Source of the DNA: Candidatus Omnitrophota bacterium
Lineage (GTDB): Bacteria; Omnitrophota; Gorgyraeia; Gorgyraeales; Gorgyraeaceae
Direction: 5' to 3'
DNA length: 64,000 nt
Assembly (NCBI GenBank): GCA_043821705.1
Contig: JBDRCN010000051.1
Location: 28,007-92,006 of the forward strand
Within the stretch, counting starts at the first letter, position 1. Every line of letters starts with the position of its first letter. The translations under genes were made by a program, and so were the position numbers. The notes beneath the pieces are model-generated. The model was not told the DNA's origin. It did not search any database and was given only the letters and a program-made list of their open reading frames with translations. This document shows, piece by piece, positions 17,929-27,924 of the stretch.

Positions 17929-19193
17929 AAAAGACGTTTTCTATTATTAGCCTGGGATGTCCTAGAAATCTTGTAGATTCAGAGTATATTGCGAATGAAT
18001 TTAAAGAAAAAGGATTTGATCTAAAGGACGAAGCTGGCAAGGCTCATACAGTGATCATAAATACCTGTAGTTTTATAGAAGACGCAAAAGTAGAGTCTAT
18101 AGATACTATATTAAAGGTGATCGATGCTAAGAAAAAAGGCGATGTAAAGCGGATCATCGTAGCGGGATGCCTTCCTGAAAGATACAGCAAAAAGCTAAAA
18201 AAAGAATTTAAAGAGATAGATGAGTTTAGAGGTGTTTTAGACTTTAAAGCTACGTTTAAGGATAAAGACAGGACCACGCTCACCCCGAGTTACTATTCCT
18301 ATTTAAAGATATCAGAAGGTTGTAAAAATAGATGTACATACTGCATCATCCCTTACCTTAAAGGCCCATACACGAGCAGGCCTATTGGACCAGCAGTAGA
18401 AGAGGCCAGAGGACTTTTTAAAAAAAATATCAAAGAGATCATCTTGGTAGGCCAGGATACTTCTTTATACGGTAGTGACCTGTATGGTAAGAAGAGGCTG
18501 GCTGAGCTTCTTAAGAAAATAGATGATATTACTGACGGAAAATGGGTAAGGCTTTTATATTGCCACCCAAAGAATCTAGGCAGAGATGTTCTCCAGATCA
18601 TAAAGAACAGCAAGAATATCTGTAAATATATTGATCTTCCGATAGAGCATATAAGCAGTAATATATTGAAGAGAATGGGGAGGAAGATAAAAAAGAGCAA
18701 AATAGTGGCTTTGATCAAACGCATACGGGATATTATCCCAGGCGTAGCACTAAGGACCTCTTTTATCGTGGGATTTCCAGGAGAGACTGGAGAGGATTTT
18801 AGGGAGTTAGTGGAATTTATGAAAGATGTGAAGTTCGAGAGGCTGGGGATCTTTAAATATTCCAGAGAAGAAGGGACACCTGCGTATAAATATAAAGGCC
18901 AGATATCTGAAAAAATAAAAGAAGAGCGTTTTAAGGAAGCTATGCTCATCCAGCAAGAGGTCTCCAGAGAAGTGAATAGAGGTTTTATGGGTAGAGTAAT
19001 GGATGTACTCATAGAAGAAGAGAAGGATGGGGCTTTTGTGGGCAGGACTGAGTATGATGCGCCAGAAGTGGATGGGGTTGTTTATATTAATTCTAAGGAT
19101 AAAAAATTAGATATTGGAAATTTTTACAAAGCACGTATAATAGATACATACGAGTATGATCTAGTGGGAGAACTATATGAACCTACCGAATAA
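17925..19193 (+). CDS. rimO: Ribosomal protein S12 methylthiotransferase
   Basis: SLGCPRNLVDSE, EGCKNRCTYC, DAPEVDG, TRAM domain. Confidence 0.95.
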   Translation: MKKTFSIISLGCPRNLVDSEYIANEFKEKGFDLKDEAGKAHTVIINTCSFIEDAKVESIDTILKVIDAKKKGDVKRIIVAGCLPERYSKKLKKEFKEIDEFRGVLDFKATFKDKDRTTLTPSYYSYLKISEGCKNRCTYCIIPYLKGPYTSRPIGPAVEEARGLFKKNIKEIILVGQDTSLYGSDLYGKKRLAELLKKIDDITDGKWVRLLYCHPKNLGRDVLQIIKNSKNICKYIDLPIEHISSNILKRMGRKIKKSKIVALIKRIRDIIPGVALRTSFIVGFPGETGEDFRELVEFMKDVKFERLGIFKYSREEGTPAYKYKGQISEKIKEERFKEAMLIQQEVSREVNRGFMGRVMDVLIEEEKDGAFVGRTEYDAPEVDGVVYINSKDKKLDIGNFYKARIIDTYEYDLVGELYEPTE

Positions 19194-19743
19194 ATTAACT
19201 GTGTCTAGAATAGTAATGGCAGTATTTTTTATATTTTTCTTGTTTGTGAGAGGTGTCGGCGCTAAATTTACTGCATTAGCGCTTTTTACAGCAGCGTGCA
19301 TCACTGATTATTATGACGGATTTATAGCCAGGAAATACAATCTGGTCACAAGCTTCGGTAAACTTATGGACCCTATTGCGGACAAGATACTTATCCTGGG
19401 AGCGTTTCTCTCGTTCGTCGAGATGAAGATCGTTCCTGCATGGATGGTTATAATAATCATCTCAAGAGAACTGGTCATCACAGGTATAAGGATCTTGGCT
19501 CTCAGCCAGAAAAAAGTGCTTCAGGCTGAAGTAGCAGGTAAGCATAAGACTATATCACAGATGGCAGCAGTGATATCAATATTGATATTTTTGGTCATAA
19601 GGGATTCTGGTTTTGCATTTCGCTATATTATGCTGTACACAAAGGCTGTATATTTATTGATGCTCATAACAGTGGGGATGACGCTTGCTTCAGGTATGGC
19701 ATTTATGATCAGGAATAAGTCAATATTCCTAGGAGAGAAATGA
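19177..19743 (+). CDS. pgsA: CDP-diacylglycerol--glycerol-3-phosphate 3-phosphatidyltransferase
   Basis: MNLPNKLT, TDYYDGFIAR...FGKLMDPIADK. Confidence 0.95.
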   Translation: MNLPNKLTVSRIVMAVFFIFFLFVRGVGAKFTALALFTAACITDYYDGFIARKYNLVTSFGKLMDPIADKILILGAFLSFVEMKIVPAWMVIIIISRELVITGIRILALSQKKVLQAEVAGKHKTISQMAAVISILIFLVIRDSGFAFRYIMLYTKAVYLLMLITVGMTLASGMAFMIRNKSIFLGEK

Positions 19744-20186
19744 AGAGATTCTCGAAGGCGATCACTACAGTGTTTGGTATCGGATATACTCCTATTGCCT
19801 CTGGCACTGTTGGGAGTTTCGCAGCATTAATTTTATACTATTTTGTTAAAGAGAATATTTTTATTCAAGTAAGTATCATAGTCATAGGTATATTTTTAGG
19901 TTTTTTGACCATACCTCAGGTAGAAAAGGAGACAGGAAGAAAAGACCCGAGCATAATCGTGCTTGATGAAGTCATAGGCATGTTTATAGCGCTGTTCTTA
20001 TTGCCAGGGACATTTGGTTATATGATAGCTGGTTTTTTCTTATTCCGCTTATTTGATATCTTAAAACCCTTCCCAGGCCGCAGATTAGAAAAGATCCCAG
20101 GGACTATAGGCGTAATAGGAGATGACGTGATAGCTGGTATATACGCTAATCTTATTCTCCACCTCTTCCACTACCTATTTAAGTAG
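19740..20186 (+). CDS. pgpA: Phosphatidylglycerophosphatase A
   Basis: ASGTVGS, DPSIIVLDEVIG, FRLFDILKP, DDVIAG. Confidence 0.93.
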   Translation: MKRFSKAITTVFGIGYTPIASGTVGSFAALILYYFVKENIFIQVSIIVIGIFLGFLTIPQVEKETGRKDPSIIVLDEVIGMFIALFLLPGTFGYMIAGFFLFRLFDILKPFPGRRLEKIPGTIGVIGDDVIAGIYANLILHLFHYLFK

Positions 20187-20741
20187 ATGAGTAGAGAGCG
20201 GTGTGTATACTGCGCCTTTTTGAGTGAGAGTGCTTTGGTAGAGGATGATCTTATCCATTCTAACAGGTGTTTCCAGGCCTAACTTTAATCCTTCAATTAA
20301 ATTTTGAAGTTCTTCAATGTTTTTAAGGGATCTTACTCTGCCTAAGGTAAGGTGAGGCCTGAAATCGCGATTTTCTTTTTGAAACCCCAGCCTAACCAGC
20401 CTTTCTTCAATGGCCAGAGCAAGAGATATTAAACAATCCCCGCCTTCTTTTAAACCTATCCATATTACCCTGGGTTTGCTTAGATCAGGGAAACCACCTA
20501 TAGCGGATAATCTAATATTAAAGCAAGATGGATCTCTCAAGATATCGTTAAGCTCGCTGGATATATGTTTTATTTCATCCCGCTCCACGTTACCCAGAAA
20601 CTTCAATGTAAAGTGGATGTTTTCTGTAGGGATCCATTTTACATCAGCATTGGATTTTTTTAAATGCGTCACGAGAAGAGAAAGTCTTTCTTTTGTGAGT
20701 GGGTCGAGCTCGCAGGCAATAAAACTTCTTATAGCGTTCAT
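20175..20741 (-). CDS. thpR: RNA 2',3'-cyclic phosphodiesterase (2H family)
   Basis: HFTLKFLG and PHLTLGR motifs. Confidence 0.93.
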   Translation of the reverse strand: MNAIRSFIACELDPLTKERLSLLVTHLKKSNADVKWIPTENIHFTLKFLGNVERDEIKHISSELNDILRDPSCFNIRLSAIGGFPDLSKPRVIWIGLKEGGDCLISLALAIEERLVRLGFQKENRDFRPHLTLGRVRSLKNIEELQNLIEGLKLGLETPVRMDKIILYQSTLTQKGAVYTPLSTHLLK

Positions 20742-21976
20742 AGAGCTTTTCTTATCAAATCAAGCGCTACTTGGCTGGCTTTATGCTTTATGATCTCTCG
20801 CTGGCCAAGAAAGCCATATTTTTTACATATAGTCTTATTTTTAGTAGATAGAGTAATGTAAACCAATCCTACTGGTTTCTTCTTAGTGCCTCCTCCAGGA
20901 CCAGCAATGCCGCTTATTCCTATGCCAATATCAGCTCCAGAGATCTTGCGTATGTTTTTTGCCATAAGAGAGGCCACTTCTTTTGAAACAGCGCCGTGTT
21001 TATCTATAATAGAGAGAGGAATACCTAAGACCTTGCTCTTTGAAGCATTGCTATAGGTAACTGTACCAAGTATAAAATATTTAGAGCTACCAGGGACGTT
21101 GGTGATCCTGTTGGCCAATAGCCCACCTGTACAAGATTCAGCTAAAGAGATAGTTTTTTTCTTTTTTAAAAGGAGATTACCCGCTACTTCTTCAAGCAAT
21201 TCACTGTCATAACCAAATATGTAGTTTCCCATGCGCTTATTTATCTTTTTTTCTATTCTTTTGATAAGCTTATTGGCTAAGGTTGGGTTTTTTTCAGTTG
21301 CAGTGATCTTTACGATGATCTCTTCCGGGTGAGGGTATATGCCCATCTCCACTTTCCCAGAAAGCTTTAATATATCCTCTAATTTTTCATTTACTCTTGA
21401 CTCTGGAAGGCCTGTCATCTTTATAGCGCGAGATTTAATGATGTGGCCAGTCTTGAAATTCTTTTTTATATAGGTACTGACGGGCCCTTCCATCATAGAT
21501 ATCATCTCAAATGGTACGCCAGGTAGGGCTATGACTACTTTTTTATCCATAGGGACTATTAGGCCAGGGGCAGTTCCTATGTTATTTAGTATATATTTTG
21601 CACCTTTTGGTACGAGGGCCTGACGCATATTGTTTTTAGGCATTTTTAAATATCGTTTTTTAAAATGCTTCTCTATATGTCTTGTGACTCTGACATTAAA
21701 TATAAGTTCTTTATCTAATGCTTTTGAAAGAGCTTCGACAGTTATATCATCTACAGTAGGACCAAGGCCACCAGTGATTATTACAATATCAGAATGGTAC
21801 AAGGACCTGACTATTGAAATAGCTATGGTTTCAGTGTTGTCAGGTATAGATAGATGCTTTATGGTTTTGATCCCTATCTTAGAAAGGGAGCTTGAGATAA
21901 ACTGGGCATTAGTGTTAGCAATGTGGCCCAACATTATCTCATTGCCTATGCATATAACAGTAGCCTTATTATCCAT
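20738..21976 (-). CDS. cinA: Competence/damage-inducible protein CinA (MoCF plus PncC domains)
   Basis: GGLGPTVDD, LPGVPFEM, AESCTGGL, SGIAGPGGGT. Confidence 0.95.
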   Translation of the reverse strand: MDNKATVICIGNEIMLGHIANTNAQFISSSLSKIGIKTIKHLSIPDNTETIAISIVRSLYHSDIVIITGGLGPTVDDITVEALSKALDKELIFNVRVTRHIEKHFKKRYLKMPKNNMRQALVPKGAKYILNNIGTAPGLIVPMDKKVVIALPGVPFEMISMMEGPVSTYIKKNFKTGHIIKSRAIKMTGLPESRVNEKLEDILKLSGKVEMGIYPHPEEIIVKITATEKNPTLANKLIKRIEKKINKRMGNYIFGYDSELLEEVAGNLLLKKKKTISLAESCTGGLLANRITNVPGSSKYFILGTVTYSNASKSKVLGIPLSIIDKHGAVSKEVASLMAKNIRKISGADIGIGISGIAGPGGGTKKKPVGLVYITLSTKNKTICKKYGFLGQREIIKHKASQVALDLIRKAL

Positions 21977-21983
21977 AACTCCT

Positions 21984-22012
21984 ATTATAAGTAAGTTTCA
22001 TAATTTTGGCAA
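21984..22012 (-). promoter_or_regulatory. Sigma70 promoter of cinA
   Basis: Minus strand TTGCCA-17-TATAAT, 7 nt before ATG. Confidence 0.6.
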
Positions 22013-22026
22013 GCTTTTCTAGCGCC

Positions 22027-22056
22027 ACCTCCGCAGACCCCGGGTCTGCGGAAGGG
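22027..22056. repeat. REP palindrome copy 1
   Basis: acctccgcagaccccgggtctgcggaaggg, identical to 22140-22169. Confidence 0.9.
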
Positions 22057-22139
22057 CAGCCTATTTGTATTTTTTTAAAGATTTTTTGAAAGAAATTGAC
22101 CCCCTCCTGTGTCTAATATAGTGTAAAAGCTTTCTAAAG

Positions 22140-22169
22140 ACCTCCGCAGACCCCGGGTCTGCGGAAGGG
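22140..22169. repeat. REP palindrome copy 2
   Basis: Identical 30-mer upstream of the RAYT gene. Confidence 0.9.
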
Positions 22170-22204
22170 TTAAGTGTTTTTAATTCATAAAAAAGGAGGA
22201 TAAA

Positions 22205-22855
22205 ATGTTGCGTAATCCCATTATTCAAACAGGTGCTACTTATCATATTTATAGCAAGAGCATAGCGGGTTATAAAATATTTAATAGTGAGTCTGAATAT
22301 TTGCGAATGAAGGAGCTTATGGTATATTACCTGGCAGATAAAAGACAGATTAGTTTTTCTAAGTTTAAAGAAAAAAATGCAGAGATTTTATTAGGAAATG
22401 TGTCGAGCAAAGGAAATCTTGTGCAAATAATATGTTATTGCCTTATGCCTACGCATATCCACTTAACACTTACCCAGTTAGCGGATAAAGGTATATCCAA
22501 ATTTATTGGCAATATTCTTAGCAGCTACTCCCACTATTTTAATTTAAAACACAACAGGAAAGGGCCATTGTGGGAAGGGAGGTTTAAAGGTGGCTTAGTA
22601 AAAACTGATGAACAGCTTCTTCATCTAACGCGTTATATTCACTTAAATCCTGTTTCCGCATATCTAGTTGACAAGCCAGGAGATTGGAAATACTCTTCCT
22701 ACAAGGAATATATTTCGAAAGAACATTGCAAAAGCAGTTTATGTAACTATGATAATGTGTTAGACATCCAGCCTATTTTATATAAAAAATTTGTAGAAGA
22801 TAGGATTTCCTATCAAAGAGAGTTAGTCAAGATAAAGGCTTTAATATTTGACTAG
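22205..22855 (+). mobile_element. REP-associated tyrosine transposase (RAYT, Y1/HUH family)
   Basis: YHIYSK, YCLMPTHIHL (HUH), GPLWEGRF, RYIHLNPV, WKYSSY; flanked by palindromes. Confidence 0.9.
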
Positions 22856-22861
22856 GCATTG

Positions 22862-22888
22862 CCTCCGCAGACCCCGGGTCTGCGGAGG
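22862..22888. repeat. REP palindrome copy 3
   Basis: cctccgcagaccc-c-gggtctgcggagg with perfect 13-bp arms. Confidence 0.9.
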
Positions 22889-22956
22889 TGGTGTGGAGCT
22901 AGGTGGGTTAAGAAAGGGGGTATTATGGATATATATAGCATTTATATATAAATTAC

Positions 22957-22985
22957 TTTACATTATATAGGGCGGGATGTATAAT
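22957..22985 (+). promoter_or_regulatory. Sigma70 promoter of recA
   Basis: TTTACA-17-TATAAT. Confidence 0.6.
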
Positions 22986-23031
22986 CTAAAAATAATCTAC
23001 TTGCCTAGCAGCAAGCAAAAAGGAGGAAGCC

Positions 23032-24069
23032 ATGGTAAAGAAACAGGAGAAGATGACCCAATCAATGAGTGATGAAAAATTAAAAGCATTAAACACAGCA
23101 GTAACGCAAATAGAAAAGCAATTCGGAAAAGGCTCTATAATGAAACTCGGGAAAGACACGAACTTTGATGTAGATGCCATATCTACGGGCTCACTCTCAT
23201 TAGACATAGCCTTAGGCGTAGGAGGAGTGCCTAGAGGCAGGGTGGTAGAGATATTTGGCCCTGAATCTGGAGGAAAGACCACGCTTACGCTCAGTATTAT
23301 TTCACAAGTTCAAAAGCTAGGTGGTGTAGCAGCATTTATAGATGCCGAACATGCATTAGATCCTTCGTATGCTAAAAAACTTGGCGTAGAACTCGATGAT
23401 CTTCTGATCTCCCAGCCAGACACAGGAGAACAGGCGCTTGATATAGCAGAGATGCTCGTTAGAAGCAATGCAGTGGACCTGATAGTGATAGATTCTGTTG
23501 CAGCGCTCGTTCCTAAAGCTGAAATAGAAGGAGATATGGGCGATAGGCACATAGGGCTTCAGGCCAGACTTATGTCACAGGCACTTAGGAAGCTGACGGC
23601 TATCATATCTAAGACAAATACCTGTGTTATTTTTATCAATCAGATAAGAGAGAAGATAGGTGTTATGTTCGGCAGCCCTGAGACCACCACAGGCGGAAGA
23701 GCCTTGAAATTCTATGCATCAGTAAGAATAGATCTAAGGAGGATAGGCTCTTTGAAGGCAGGCGAGAATGTGATCGGCGCTAGATGCAGGGCAAAGGTCG
23801 TGAAGAACAAGGTCGCGCCTCCTTTTAAAAAAGCTGAATTTGATATCATGCATGATGAAGGTATATCAAAGGCAGGCAGTATCCTGGACCTAGGCGTTGA
23901 AACAGGCATATTGGAAAAAACTGGCTCATGGCTGACTTATAACAGTGATAAGCTTGGCCAAGGGAGAGAGTCAGCAAGGGAGTTCCTAAGGAACAATGCC
24001 CAGGTAAGCAATGAGATAGTAAAAAAGATCAAGGATACTTTATTATCGAAATCCCCGGCTAAAAAATAA
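23032..24069 (+). CDS. recA: Recombinase RecA
   Basis: [31 protein letters not shown]. Confidence 0.99.
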   Translation: MVKKQEKMTQSMSDEKLKALNTAVTQIEKQFGKGSIMKLGKDTNFDVDAISTGSLSLDIALGVGGVPRGRVVEIFGPESGGKTTLTLSIISQVQKLGGVAAFIDAEHALDPSYAKKLGVELDDLLISQPDTGEQALDIAEMLVRSNAVDLIVIDSVAALVPKAEIEGDMGDRHIGLQARLMSQALRKLTAIISKTNTCVIFINQIREKIGVMFGSPETTTGGRALKFYASVRIDLRRIGSLKAGENVIGARCRAKVVKNKVAPPFKKAEFDIMHDEGISKAGSILDLGVETGILEKTGSWLTYNSDKLGQGRESAREFLRNNAQVSNEIVKKIKDTLLSKSPAKK

Positions 24070-24108
24070 AATATTTTACAATAGCCTTACAGCATATCTT
24101 ATCCAACT

Positions 24109-26694
24109 ATGAGAGTTGACAAAATACGCGATAGATTTTTAAGATTTTTTAAGGAACGTAGGCATACTATCCATCCAAGCGATTCCCTAGTCCCCTCTAA
24201 TGATCCGACTCTGCTTTTTACCGGAGCTGGCATGAACCAGTTCAAGGATGAATTTTTAGGCAGGGTAAAGGGTTCTAGAAGAGCTGCTACTTGCCAGAAG
24301 TGTATCCGCACAGGAGATCTTGAAAATGTCGGGAAGACAGCAGGGCACCATACGTTTTTTGAGATGCTTGGGAATTTTTCATTTGGGGATTATTTTAAGA
24401 AAGAAGCGATCGAGTGGGCATGGGAATTTCTTACCAAGGACCTTGGCCTAAAAGAAAAAGATCTTTGGGTCTCAGTATACAAAGATGATAAAGAAGCATA
24501 TGATATATGGAAAAATGCCATCAAGGTCCCAGAGGAAAAGATATTAAAGCTAGGCCCAAAGGATAATTTTTGGCCTGCGAATGCACCAGAAGATGGTCCG
24601 AACGGCCCATGCGGCCCTTGTAGCGAGATATTTTACGGCGGTGAAGACGGAGTCGAGATATGGAACCTGGTATTTACTCAATTCGATAGAAAAGATGACG
24701 GTAAGCTAGACCCTCTACTGAATAAAAACATAGATACTGGTATGGGGCTTGAGAGGATCGCCCGAGTGATGCAAGGCAAGAAGAATAATTTCGAGATAGA
24801 TTCATTCGCGCCTATCGTAAACATAATAAAAGATCTTTCAATAGAAGCTAGCAAAAAAGCGCCAAAAGAAAACCTTACTCCTCACATCAATGCAATAGCT
24901 GATCACATAAGAGCATCGACTTTTGCAATAAGTGATGGGGTCCTGCCTTCGAACGAAGGAAGAGGTTATGTGATAAGAAAGCTGATACGAAGGGCGTTTT
25001 GGTATGGGAGAGGGCTAGGACTGGAAGAACCATTTTTATACAGGACAGTTCCAGTGATCGCTAATGTAATGGAAAAGCCGTATCCTGAGATAAAAAAACA
25101 CAGAGAAGATATCTCTCAGGTAGTACAGGCTGAGGAAGATAGGTTTAAAGCTACTCTTGAGGAAGGCCTTGATAATCTCGAGGATATTATAAAAAGAGCA
25201 AAGTCTTCTAAAAAGTTTTCAGGAAGAGATGCATTCAAGTTATATGACACTTATGGATTTCCACTGGAGCTTACTAAGGAGATCATATTAGAAAGAGGCA
25301 TGAAGCTTGATGAAAAAGAGTTTGAGGCTTGCATGGAAGAGCAGAGGGAAAAATCCCGCGAGTCCAGCAAGATAAAAGAAGCTATCTTTGATTCTATAAA
25401 TGTTACAGATAAGATAAAGATCGCTGTAAGCAAATTCCACAAAGACAATCATGAACTGGAATCCAAGATAGTCGCTATCATATCCAAGGACAAGGAAGTA
25501 AAGGAACTTAAAAAAGGTGAAAAAGGAAGCTTGTTCTTTGAAGAGACGCCTTTTTATGGTGAAAAAGGAGGCCAGGTAGGAGACAGCGGCACTATATTAA
25601 AAGCTAATAAGACAGTAGCAGAGGTCAAGCTCGCATTAGATATAGTAGGTCGAACCAAGCATGAGATATTAGTAAAAGAAGGCGATTTGAAGCTCGGGGA
25701 AAAGGTTGTTCTCAAAGTGGACTTAGAAAGGCGCGAGAAGATAAAGAAAAATCACACTGCCACGCATCTTCTTCATCATGCATTAAGAAAGGTACTGGGA
25801 GAACATGTAAAACAAGCTGGCTCATTAGTAGCGCCAGATAGATTGAGATTTGATTTCACTCATTTTAAAGCTCTTTCAAATGAGGAGCTTGTGAGGATAG
25901 AAGAGCTCGTTAATGAGAATATTAAAAAGAAATCCCCTGTAGAGACCAATGTGATGGCCATAGACAAAGCTAAAAAAGAAGGCGCGATCGCCTTGTTCGG
26001 AGAAAAATATAGCGATGAAGTAAGGATGGTGAATGTCGGAGGCTACAGTAAGGAGCTATGTGGTGGTACTCATGTAAAAGATACAAGGGAGATAAAGTGC
26101 TTTAAGATCCTATCAGAGTCATCCATTGCAAGTGGCGTAAGGAGGATAGAAGCTGTTACTAGCGATGAAGCACTGGAGAAGATAAAAGAGAAGAACGCTA
26201 TAATAGAAGAGATCGCTAGCATCTTAGATGTTAAGCCAGAATATATTGAAGAGACAATAGAAAAATATTCTGATGGGATGAAAAAAATAGAAAAAGAGCT
26301 GGAGACCGTAAGTCAAAGGTTGGTCCAGGTCAATATAGATGATATATTAAAACACAAAAAAGACATCTCAGGACATGCAGTTATTATTTCAGAGATAAAA
26401 AATGCTGACATGAATCTTTTAAGAAAGACAGGAGATGTAATAAAATCCAGAGTAAAGGACCCGGTCTTCATACTGGTCTCAGAAAAAGATGAGAAGATCT
26501 CTTTGATAGTAGGGCTTTCATCAAAGGACATAAAAGCAGGTGATATATTAAATAAGATCGGTTCAGATTTTGGGATAAGAGGTGGCGGCAGGCCAGACCT
26601 GGCTCAGGCTGGAGGCAAGTCCGGACCAGATATAAATAAGATATTAAAAAAAGCAGAAGAGGTAATCCATGAAAATCTTAAGACTATCAAGTAA
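24109..26694 (+). CDS. alaS: Alanine--tRNA ligase
   Basis: HHTFFEMLGNFSFGDYFK, IDTGMGLER, NHTATHLLH, ELCGGTH, GGGRPDLAQAGG. Confidence 0.98.
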   Translation: MRVDKIRDRFLRFFKERRHTIHPSDSLVPSNDPTLLFTGAGMNQFKDEFLGRVKGSRRAATCQKCIRTGDLENVGKTAGHHTFFEMLGNFSFGDYFKKEAIEWAWEFLTKDLGLKEKDLWVSVYKDDKEAYDIWKNAIKVPEEKILKLGPKDNFWPANAPEDGPNGPCGPCSEIFYGGEDGVEIWNLVFTQFDRKDDGKLDPLLNKNIDTGMGLERIARVMQGKKNNFEIDSFAPIVNIIKDLSIEASKKAPKENLTPHINAIADHIRASTFAISDGVLPSNEGRGYVIRKLIRRAFWYGRGLGLEEPFLYRTVPVIANVMEKPYPEIKKHREDISQVVQAEEDRFKATLEEGLDNLEDIIKRAKSSKKFSGRDAFKLYDTYGFPLELTKEIILERGMKLDEKEFEACMEEQREKSRESSKIKEAIFDSINVTDKIKIAVSKFHKDNHELESKIVAIISKDKEVKELKKGEKGSLFFEETPFYGEKGGQVGDSGTILKANKTVAEVKLALDIVGRTKHEILVKEGDLKLGEKVVLKVDLERREKIKKNHTATHLLHHALRKVLGEHVKQAGSLVAPDRLRFDFTHFKALSNEELVRIEELVNENIKKKSPVETNVMAIDKAKKEGAIALFGEKYSDEVRMVNVGGYSKELCGGTHVKDTREIKCFKILSESSIASGVRRIEAVTSDEALEKIKEKNAIIEEIASILDVKPEYIEETIEKYSDGMKKIEKELETVSQRLVQVNIDDILKHKKDISGHAVIISEIKNADMNLLRKTGDVIKSRVKDPVFILVSEKDEKISLIVGLSSKDIKAGDILNKIGSDFGIRGGGRPDLAQAGGKSGPDINKILKKAEEVIHENLKTIK

Positions 26695-27889
26695 AGAAAT
26701 ACAAAAACTATGCGAGAGGTACTATTCCAACAAGAAGCGCCTGACAAATAAAGTGCAGAACATTGTCTCTGATGTCAGGGATAATGGGGATAAGGCGCTT
26801 TTAAGGTATACGCGTAAATTCGATAAAGTAAAACTTGCTCCTAAGGACTTAAAGGTGAGCGCGAATGAGATAAATGGTTCTTACCAGAACATTGACACTG
26901 ATTTTATAGCCAGCTTAAAGAATATCATCGATAATATAGAAAAATTCCACAAGAAACAACTGCCAAAAGCCTGGAAAATAAAACAATCTGAAGGAGTGGT
27001 GCTCGGTGAGATATTCAGGCCTATAGAGACTGTGGGCGTCTATGTACCAGCAGGCACAGCTCCTCTAGTGTCCAGTGTGTATATGTCAGTCCTCCCAGCA
27101 AAGATAGCTGGTGTAAAAAGGATAGTGCTTGCAACACCTCCAAATAAGCAAGGCTATGTAGACCCTCATATCTTAGCAGTAGCAAACTTGCTAAAAGTAG
27201 ATGAGGTGTACAAGATGGGTGGCGCCCAGGCAATAGCAGCTCTTGCATTTGGCACTAAGACTGTTCCTAAAGTGGATAAGATAGTTGGCCCAGGCAATGA
27301 CTATGTGACAGAGGCTAAGAGGCAGGTATTTGGTTATGTAGATATTGATATGCTGGCTGGCCCGAGCGAGGTCGTGGTGCTGGCAAATAACATCTCTGAT
27401 AAAGAATATGTAAAACAAGACCTATTGGCGCAGAGAGAACATCTAAAAGGTACTGGGATATTGGTCACAACATCCAAAAAATTCGCCAAGGCAATGAAAA
27501 AAGAAATAGATAAAGGCTACATTGTCTTAGCCAAGAACCTGAGTCAAGCAGCAGAGGTCATAAACAGGATCGCTCCAGAACATCTTGAGATATTTATCAA
27601 TAGGCCAGACAGGGCTATTAAGCTCATAAATAATGCAGGCGCTATTTTTATAGGGCCTTATTCACCAGTCTGCGTAGGAGATTATGTGGCAGGGCCATCA
27701 CACGTGCTTCCTACAGGAGGAACAGCAAGGTTTTTCTCAGGTCTCAATGTAAGGAGTTTTCTTAAGAGCTCTCACACCATAACATATTCTAAGAAAGCGC
27801 TTGAAAAAGAAAAAAAGGCCATTGAAAAGATGACGAAGATAGAAGGCCTTACAAAACATTTAGAATCGTATCACGTTAGGTTTAAGTAA
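26669..27889 (+). CDS. hisD: Histidinol dehydrogenase
   Basis: GGAQAIAALAFGT, GPGNDYV, AGPSEV, APEHLE, GDYVAGPSHVLPT. Confidence 0.93.
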   Translation: MKILRLSSKEIQKLCERYYSNKKRLTNKVQNIVSDVRDNGDKALLRYTRKFDKVKLAPKDLKVSANEINGSYQNIDTDFIASLKNIIDNIEKFHKKQLPKAWKIKQSEGVVLGEIFRPIETVGVYVPAGTAPLVSSVYMSVLPAKIAGVKRIVLATPPNKQGYVDPHILAVANLLKVDEVYKMGGAQAIAALAFGTKTVPKVDKIVGPGNDYVTEAKRQVFGYVDIDMLAGPSEVVVLANNISDKEYVKQDLLAQREHLKGTGILVTTSKKFAKAMKKEIDKGYIVLAKNLSQAAEVINRIAPEHLEIFINRPDRAIKLINNAGAIFIGPYSPVCVGDYVAGPSHVLPTGGTARFFSGLNVRSFLKSSHTITYSKKALEKEKKAIEKMTKIEGLTKHLESYHVRFK

Positions 27890-27924
27890 CCGTAAATCGT
27901 GATCCGTAATTCGTGATCCGTAAG
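27890..27924. repeat. Five 7-bp tandem units (alternating ccgtaaN / tcgtgat)
   Basis: ccgtaaa tcgtgat ccgtaat tcgtgat ccgtaag. Confidence 0.75.

Noticed and set aside
18353-19012. Long antisense ORFs (e.g. 219 aa opposite rimO, 182 aa opposite pnp, 170 aa opposite btuF)
   Set aside because: Fully overlap well-conserved genes, no motifs; expected codon-bias shadows
22027-22169. Two identical 30-bp repeats as a CRISPR repeat pair
   Set aside because: 83-nt gap, they flank a RAYT gene and recur singly elsewhere, so they are REPs
22929-22950. AT palindrome upstream of recA as a LexA box
   Set aside because: Low-complexity TA run matching no SOS box I can support
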